Positions 59,104 through 64,000 of a stretch of DNA of 64,000 nucleotides are shown here, piece after piece (position 1 is the first letter of the stretch; every line of letters starts with the position of its first letter). Under the pieces are notes generated by a model, which made no database searches, was not told where the DNA came from, and saw nothing but the letters and a program-made list of their open reading frames with translations. The stretch is from an uncultured Chloroflexia bacterium (GTDB lineage Bacteria > Chloroflexota > Anaerolineae > CG2-30-64-16). The stretch lies in contig CAVZDU010000006.1 of NCBI GenBank assembly GCA_963774265.1, positions 224,001 to 288,000 of the forward strand. The letters are read 5' to 3'. A program made the position numbers and the translations under genes.

Positions 59104-61788
59104 GTGAATACAAGCAAGCCGTCCATGTGGGGTGTGCTGCTTCTTCTTTTGGCTTTCTCTACCTGCAGTCAGAGAGTTCTGGCGGCGCCGACTGCCCCGG
59201 CAGCAGATGCCGTCTACTACGTTTCCCGTACGGGCAGCAATGGCGACGGTAGATCCTGGGCCACGGCCTGGAACGAGCTGGTGCAGATCGACTGGGGTGC
59301 GATCGGGCCGGGGGATACCATCCTGATAGACGGCGGTTCGGTCACCTGCAGGTACGCCGTCACGGTCACCCACAGCACCAACATGCCACTGCCTGCCGGC
59401 TGCGGGATGGTATACAATACCCCGCTAACGATTGGTGCGAGCGGCACGGCGGATGCGCCCATCACGATCCGGCTGGCCGACGATCCGGGGCGGAACGGCA
59501 CCGCACGCATCTTTGGCGGCCGCACAACGCCCCTGCCCTTTTGTGGACAGTCGTCTTATGCCCCCGACCGGCCAGGCAGCGGCGACGGGATCCACGTTTA
59601 TGGTCGAAGCTATATCACGATCGACGGCAGTCATTGGTCCGGGATCATGGTCTACGGCTGGACACGCGGTGCGTTCCTATCGTGGAATGGGGACAATCAC
59701 GACGTGACTCTGCGCAATGCAGAGATGTTCGATAACGGCTCCTGGTCGGCCAACAACGGGTCGGACGAAGAGGCCATCACCGGCAGCGGCTCCACCTTGC
59801 TCTTTGAACGGCTGATCCTCCACGACAACGGGCAGGATCAGTTCCAGACCGGGTACAAAACACCGGTGAACGATGCGGTCTTTCGCCGATGCTGGTTCTA
59901 CAATCAACGGCCGCACCCCACGGTGCGTGATGAGCCGTTCAACTATTGCATGCACTCGGATGGCATCCAGTTCTTTGGCAACCTGACACACCAGAACATC
60001 GCCATCGAAGATTCCATCGTTGGCCCCGGTTTGATGCAGGGGGTCATCCTGGGTGAGACCAGCCGGATCAACAATGTGACGGTCCGAAATTCGCTCTTTG
60101 TCGGTTACCACGGCGACGCTGACAATGCGGGCTTCCTGGCCAATGATGCACTTGCCGAACGCAATGGCTATGTTTTCGATCATGTGACGGTGGTCCGGGA
60201 CGTAGGACCTGAAGGTTGGAGCATCTATGCTCCGGGCAGCGGATACGCGGCGTATGACTCTCTGTTTGTGGGAGGGCGGGAAGTCCGGATCGGCGCAGGC
60301 ACCAAGACCGGCAATGTCTGTTGGAACATCAGCGACTACTCCGGTGTCTGCAATCAGCGCGCTGATCCGCAGTTTGTCGATCCCGACTATGCCGGCGTGG
60401 GCGAGGGCTTTGCCGACTTCGACTTCACAATCACCAATCCGGCAATTCCTCAGGGTGTCGGCTCCTCGATTACCTCGGTGACACAACTGCTGGGGGATAG
60501 CGCACCACCCTTAGCCTGGATCAATGACTTGCCCTCTCAGAGTGAGTGCGCAAATGTGTTGTTGAGTTGGGACGGTTCGGATCCTTCTCCTGGCACGGGC
60601 GTCCAGTTCTTTGATGTCCAGGCGTCTGACAATGATGGCGCCTGGACCAACTGGCTGCTGGAGACCACAGCCAGAAACAGCGTCTACGCGAGCGGTGCTC
60701 ACGGCCACACGCTGGGCTTCCGGGTGCGGGCTCACGACCAGGCCGACAACGTGGGCAGCTACAGCGCTGCGCGTTACAGCTCAATCGTCGATACCGTTTC
60801 ACCCCACGAAGCTCGAGTGAGTATTCTGCCTCCCGTACAGCAATCACCCTTTGGGGTCTACTGGACGGGAGCTGACACTTGTGGCGCGGTGACCTTTGAT
60901 GTCGAGTACCGTGTTGGCGCGTCACCGACCTGGACACGCTGGCTGACAGCGACTTCGGACACCCATGCCATGTTCGACCCAGTGGCGCCCCAATACGGTC
61001 AGACGTACACCTTCCGTGTGCGCGTTCATGACCAGGCCGGCAATTCGACTGAGTCAGAATCCGTCTCCACTATGCTGGCCAAGCACACCCTGAGGGGGGA
61101 GATAGTCACCCTCCGCCACCAACCGGTGATTTGGGCTCAGGTTACCATCAGTGGGGCAATAGCCGCCAAGTCGACCTTTGGGCGGTACATCGCCTACCTG
61201 GCAAACGACGGGGACTATGATCTCTCGGTAGCGCGCAGTGGGTTTGAAACACCGCCGCCAATGCACCTCACGTCGGTAACGTCCAGCTTGAGCGGCTTGG
61301 ACTTTGTGCTTTCACCCCGCGACGACGCGGTCGACAATGGTGGATTTGAGGCGGTTGGCTGGAGTGGCTGGTTACCGGGTGGGGCCGTAATGCCGGTCGT
61401 CATCTCAGGGGGACATACCGGCGACCGTGCGGCCAGGCTAGGAGGCGCCGGGGGGTCTTCGTGGCTGCGTCAGGATTTGTCTCTGCCGGGGGAGTTGGAA
61501 AATGCCACGCTGTCATTCCTGGTGCGGCTGGATGATGCCGCTGCTGGCGCCAGCACGCTCAACCTCGAGCTGGCTGGCACCGCCATCAGTTACACGCAGG
61601 TCGTCTCAACAGCCGATTGGATCCACGTCTGGTTCCCGGTTGATGCCGCTGTCGGCCAGGCGATGGCGCTCACCTTCACCGTATCCGGCTATTCGGCGGT
61701 GCGGCTGGACGAAGTGAGCTTGGGTTCGGCGATATCGGGCGGTTCCCAGTTCCACTTGCCGGTGATTCTTCGGGCTGGCACATCATGA
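59104..61788 (+). CDS. Secreted beta-helix protein + two FnIII-like domains + CBM-like domain + C-terminal LPVILR motif
   Basis: GGAGG + GTG; paralog of 53091; FRVRAHDQA and FRVRVHDQAGN; NGGFE. Confidence 0.85.
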   Translation: MNTSKPSMWGVLLLLLAFSTCSQRVLAAPTAPAADAVYYVSRTGSNGDGRSWATAWNELVQIDWGAIGPGDTILIDGGSVTCRYAVTVTHSTNMPLPAGCGMVYNTPLTIGASGTADAPITIRLADDPGRNGTARIFGGRTTPLPFCGQSSYAPDRPGSGDGIHVYGRSYITIDGSHWSGIMVYGWTRGAFLSWNGDNHDVTLRNAEMFDNGSWSANNGSDEEAITGSGSTLLFERLILHDNGQDQFQTGYKTPVNDAVFRRCWFYNQRPHPTVRDEPFNYCMHSDGIQFFGNLTHQNIAIEDSIVGPGLMQGVILGETSRINNVTVRNSLFVGYHGDADNAGFLANDALAERNGYVFDHVTVVRDVGPEGWSIYAPGSGYAAYDSLFVGGREVRIGAGTKTGNVCWNISDYSGVCNQRADPQFVDPDYAGVGEGFADFDFTITNPAIPQGVGSSITSVTQLLGDSAPPLAWINDLPSQSECANVLLSWDGSDPSPGTGVQFFDVQASDNDGAWTNWLLETTARNSVYASGAHGHTLGFRVRAHDQADNVGSYSAARYSSIVDTVSPHEARVSILPPVQQSPFGVYWTGADTCGAVTFDVEYRVGASPTWTRWLTATSDTHAMFDPVAPQYGQTYTFRVRVHDQAGNSTESESVSTMLAKHTLRGEIVTLRHQPVIWAQVTISGAIAAKSTFGRYIAYLANDGDYDLSVARSGFETPPPMHLTSVTSSLSGLDFVLSPRDDAVDNGGFEAVGWSGWLPGGAVMPVVISGGHTGDRAARLGGAGGSSWLRQDLSLPGELENATLSFLVRLDDAAAGASTLNLELAGTAISYTQVVSTADWIHVWFPVDAAVGQAMALTFTVSGYSAVRLDEVSLGSAISGGSQFHLPVILRAGTS
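59186..60543 (+). repeat. 1358-bp direct repeat, copy 2
   Basis: Near-identical to 53293-54650. Confidence 0.92.
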
Positions 61789-61825
61789 ACTCAGGCGCGG
61801 TGCGGAGCTCGGGTCGCTTCCCCAC

Positions 61826-64000
61826 TCATCCTTTGGCATACGATACAGCATTGTCCACGCACATTCCCAGCTGTTTGCCCAAAATACGCGTGCCCGCTTC
61901 GTCGATGGGAACGTGATCGCCCACGATGTTGCGGTGGGTGCCAGGAATCTCATGAACTTCAACTGCGCCAATTGCCATCTTGCGCCAGCCAAGACGAGAA
62001 CTTTGAAGTGACTCTTTGGTGAGGAAGAGATGGAAACCGCCTGGATAGGGTTGGGGATGGTAACGCCGCAGATCCCAGATGTTGGCAAGCACCTTCAGCT
62101 TAAACCGGGTAAGGCTGACTAATTCGTCCAGGCCATGAGGACTATTTGGTTGACCTTCTCGATCGTGTCGATCGGCGGTCCCGGAGTTGCGTCTGAAACG
62201 GCGGCGAAAGCGAATCGCAAGGTCCTTGGCCAGATTACTATACGAGTTAGAACCCGGCAAACACAGCGGGGCCGGTTCGACCAGTGCCAGCATCGCAACG
62301 AGCTGACCCTGACGCCGAAGCTGCTGCGCCATCTCAAAAGCCACGGCGGCGCCGAGGCAACTGCCCGCCAGAAGATAAGGTCCGTTAGGCTGCATGGCCT
62401 GTATATCTTGGATGTAATGTGTTGCCAAGGCTTCAATTTGTGACGGATGCCCGATGCCATCCTGGAGACCGTAGAAGGGCTGATCGGAATCGAAATACCG
62501 GACCACGTATCTCAGATCGTTGAAGACATTTCCCATGTTGCCCGGCACGTAGTATAGCGGAAAACGGGATCGGCTGTCTCGCATCTTGACGACAGAAGTG
62601 TGTCTCCTCGGAGACTTGTCCTGATCCAGAAGATTAGCAAGCTGCTCAATGGTCGGAGCCTCAAAAATTGTGGCGAGGGGCAGCTTCTTACCGAAGACAT
62701 CAGCTATCTGGGTGAAGAGACGTGTCGCCAACAGAGAGCTCCCACCTAAATCAAAGAAGTTATCGTGGACGGTCAAGTTGTCCACACCGAGCAACCCTCG
62801 CCAGATATCCACAAGCGAGTGCTCCACTTTGGTACGGGGAGCACCTGCTCGGCGACTGCCGACAGTCTCTGCAGCGGTTAACCGATCGGCTTGAGAATTC
62901 GCTTCCGGTTCCTCAGATGAGCCTGGCGCCTTGGATGCTGCAGTGTATTGCAGTTGTGCCGGGTTGATCCAATATCTTCTGCGCTCAAAGGGATAGGTTG
63001 GCAGGGAGAGCCGGCCGCGCCGTTCGCCGGCGTAAAAACCGGACCAATCGATGGAGACGCCAGCCATCCAGAGCTGGCCTAATGTGCTCAGGATGTGGGC
63101 CTGGTCCGATGTTTGCTCGTTCGGATGGCGTGTGGAAGAAAGCATGATGTGATCTTCCGTCCTATTGGGATGCTGCTTGGACAACGCCTCGAGTGTCCGG
63201 CCCGGTCCCACCTCTAGAAAAATCCTGCCGGGCTCTTTGAGCAACTCTTGCAGGCCATCAGAAAAACGCACCGTCTGGCGAAGATGGGCAGCCCAGTAGC
63301 TCGGGCTGGTGGCTTCCTCCGAACTGATCCACGTCCCCGTAACATTAGACACGAAGGGAATGCTGGGCGGTCTTGGCCGGATCTGGTCGACCCGGGCCAT
63401 GAATGCATCCACAATCGGTTCCATCATCCTGGAATGAAAGGCATGAGAGGTATGCAACGGGCGACAGCTGATACCCGTCTCGGCAAGCTCCCGTTCCAAG
63501 ACCCCCACCGCCTGCCGCTCGCCCGATACTACACAGAGAGACGGCGCATTGACGACCGCCAGATCCAACTGTCCGTCGAGGAAGGGCTGGAGTTCCACTG
63601 GTGACAGGGGCACGGCAAGCATCGCGCCAGCTGGCAGTTCCTGCATGAGACGACCTCTGGCAACCACCAGGGACAGAGCGTCCTCCAACGAGAACACATC
63701 CGCCAGACAGGCCGCCACATATTCTCCGATACTGTGACCGATCATGGCTTGAGGGCGTATGCCCCAACTGAGCCAGAGCCTGGCCAGAGCGTATTCGATG
63801 ACAAAGAGGGCCGGCTGCGTAAACGCTGTCTGCTGTAGGATTTGCGCCGCCTCTTCCAGATTAGCATCCTTGGGATACAGAATCCCGCGCAAGTCACAGG
63901 ACAAAAGCGGTTTCAAGATCTCGGTGCAGTGGTCCACCTGTTGGCGAAATACCGGCTCACTATCGTAAAGACCCTGGCACATGTTGACGTACTGGGAGCC
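61826..64000 (-). CDS. Type I PKS terminal module (AT-ACP-TE), 5'-partial
   Basis: GHSIGE and HAFHS (malonyl-type AT), LPTYPF, FFDLGGSSL (ACP), GSCLG (TE). The frame is open to the window end. Confidence 0.92.
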   Translation of the reverse strand, partial: GSQYVNMCQGLYDSEPVFRQQVDHCTEILKPLLSCDLRGILYPKDANLEEAAQILQQTAFTQPALFVIEYALARLWLSWGIRPQAMIGHSIGEYVAACLADVFSLEDALSLVVARGRLMQELPAGAMLAVPLSPVELQPFLDGQLDLAVVNAPSLCVVSGERQAVGVLERELAETGISCRPLHTSHAFHSRMMEPIVDAFMARVDQIRPRPPSIPFVSNVTGTWISSEEATSPSYWAAHLRQTVRFSDGLQELLKEPGRIFLEVGPGRTLEALSKQHPNRTEDHIMLSSTRHPNEQTSDQAHILSTLGQLWMAGVSIDWSGFYAGERRGRLSLPTYPFERRRYWINPAQLQYTAASKAPGSSEEPEANSQADRLTAAETVGSRRAGAPRTKVEHSLVDIWRGLLGVDNLTVHDNFFDLGGSSLLATRLFTQIADVFGKKLPLATIFEAPTIEQLANLLDQDKSPRRHTSVVKMRDSRSRFPLYYVPGNMGNVFNDLRYVVRYFDSDQPFYGLQDGIGHPSQIEALATHYIQDIQAMQPNGPYLLAGSCLGAAVAFEMAQQLRRQGQLVAMLALVEPAPLCLPGSNSYSNLAKDLAIRFRRRFRRNSGTADRHDREGQPNSPHGLDELVSLTRFKLKVLANIWDLRRYHPQPYPGGFHLFLTKESLQSSRLGWRKMAIGAVEVHEIPGTHRNIVGDHVPIDEAGTRILGKQLGMCVDNAVSYAKG

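Noticed and set aside
53293-60543. Repeat pair as a diversity-generating retroelement TR/VR
   Set aside because: The repeat is far too long, the differences are not adenine-specific, both copies are coding, and there is no reverse transcriptase in the window.

Overview
GC-rich bacterial window, most likely Chloroflexota/Anaerolineae (inferred from PT-rich linkers, a C-terminal LPVILR motif and the gene repertoire). In order: an FHA-ABC transporter plus a membrane pseudokinase-TPR protein; a mixed operon headed by a putative Type II R-M pair; a SWIM protein; a hydroxyproline dehydratase (HypD) glycyl-radical locus; a four-gene effector-associated-domain (EAD, Death-like) protease operon; sugar uptake and hydrolase genes; an intact IS66 (16-bp IRs, 8-bp TSD); a ~16 kb surface-polysaccharide locus with a divergent enolase/His-phosphatase/ATP-grasp trio; twin small membrane peptides; three secreted beta-helix proteins, two from a recent 1.36 kb duplication; and the 3' end of a type I PKS with a Cys-type thioesterase. 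The best candidate for a new system is 18639-22525, where two EAD1-EADx adaptors, an EADx-bearing dead metallopeptidase and an EADx-trypsin all share one helical domain, with no NTPase sensor in the operon. Frameshifts at 14.5-17 kb and 24-33 kb are probably sequencing errors. All family calls come from motifs read by eye, not from database searches.
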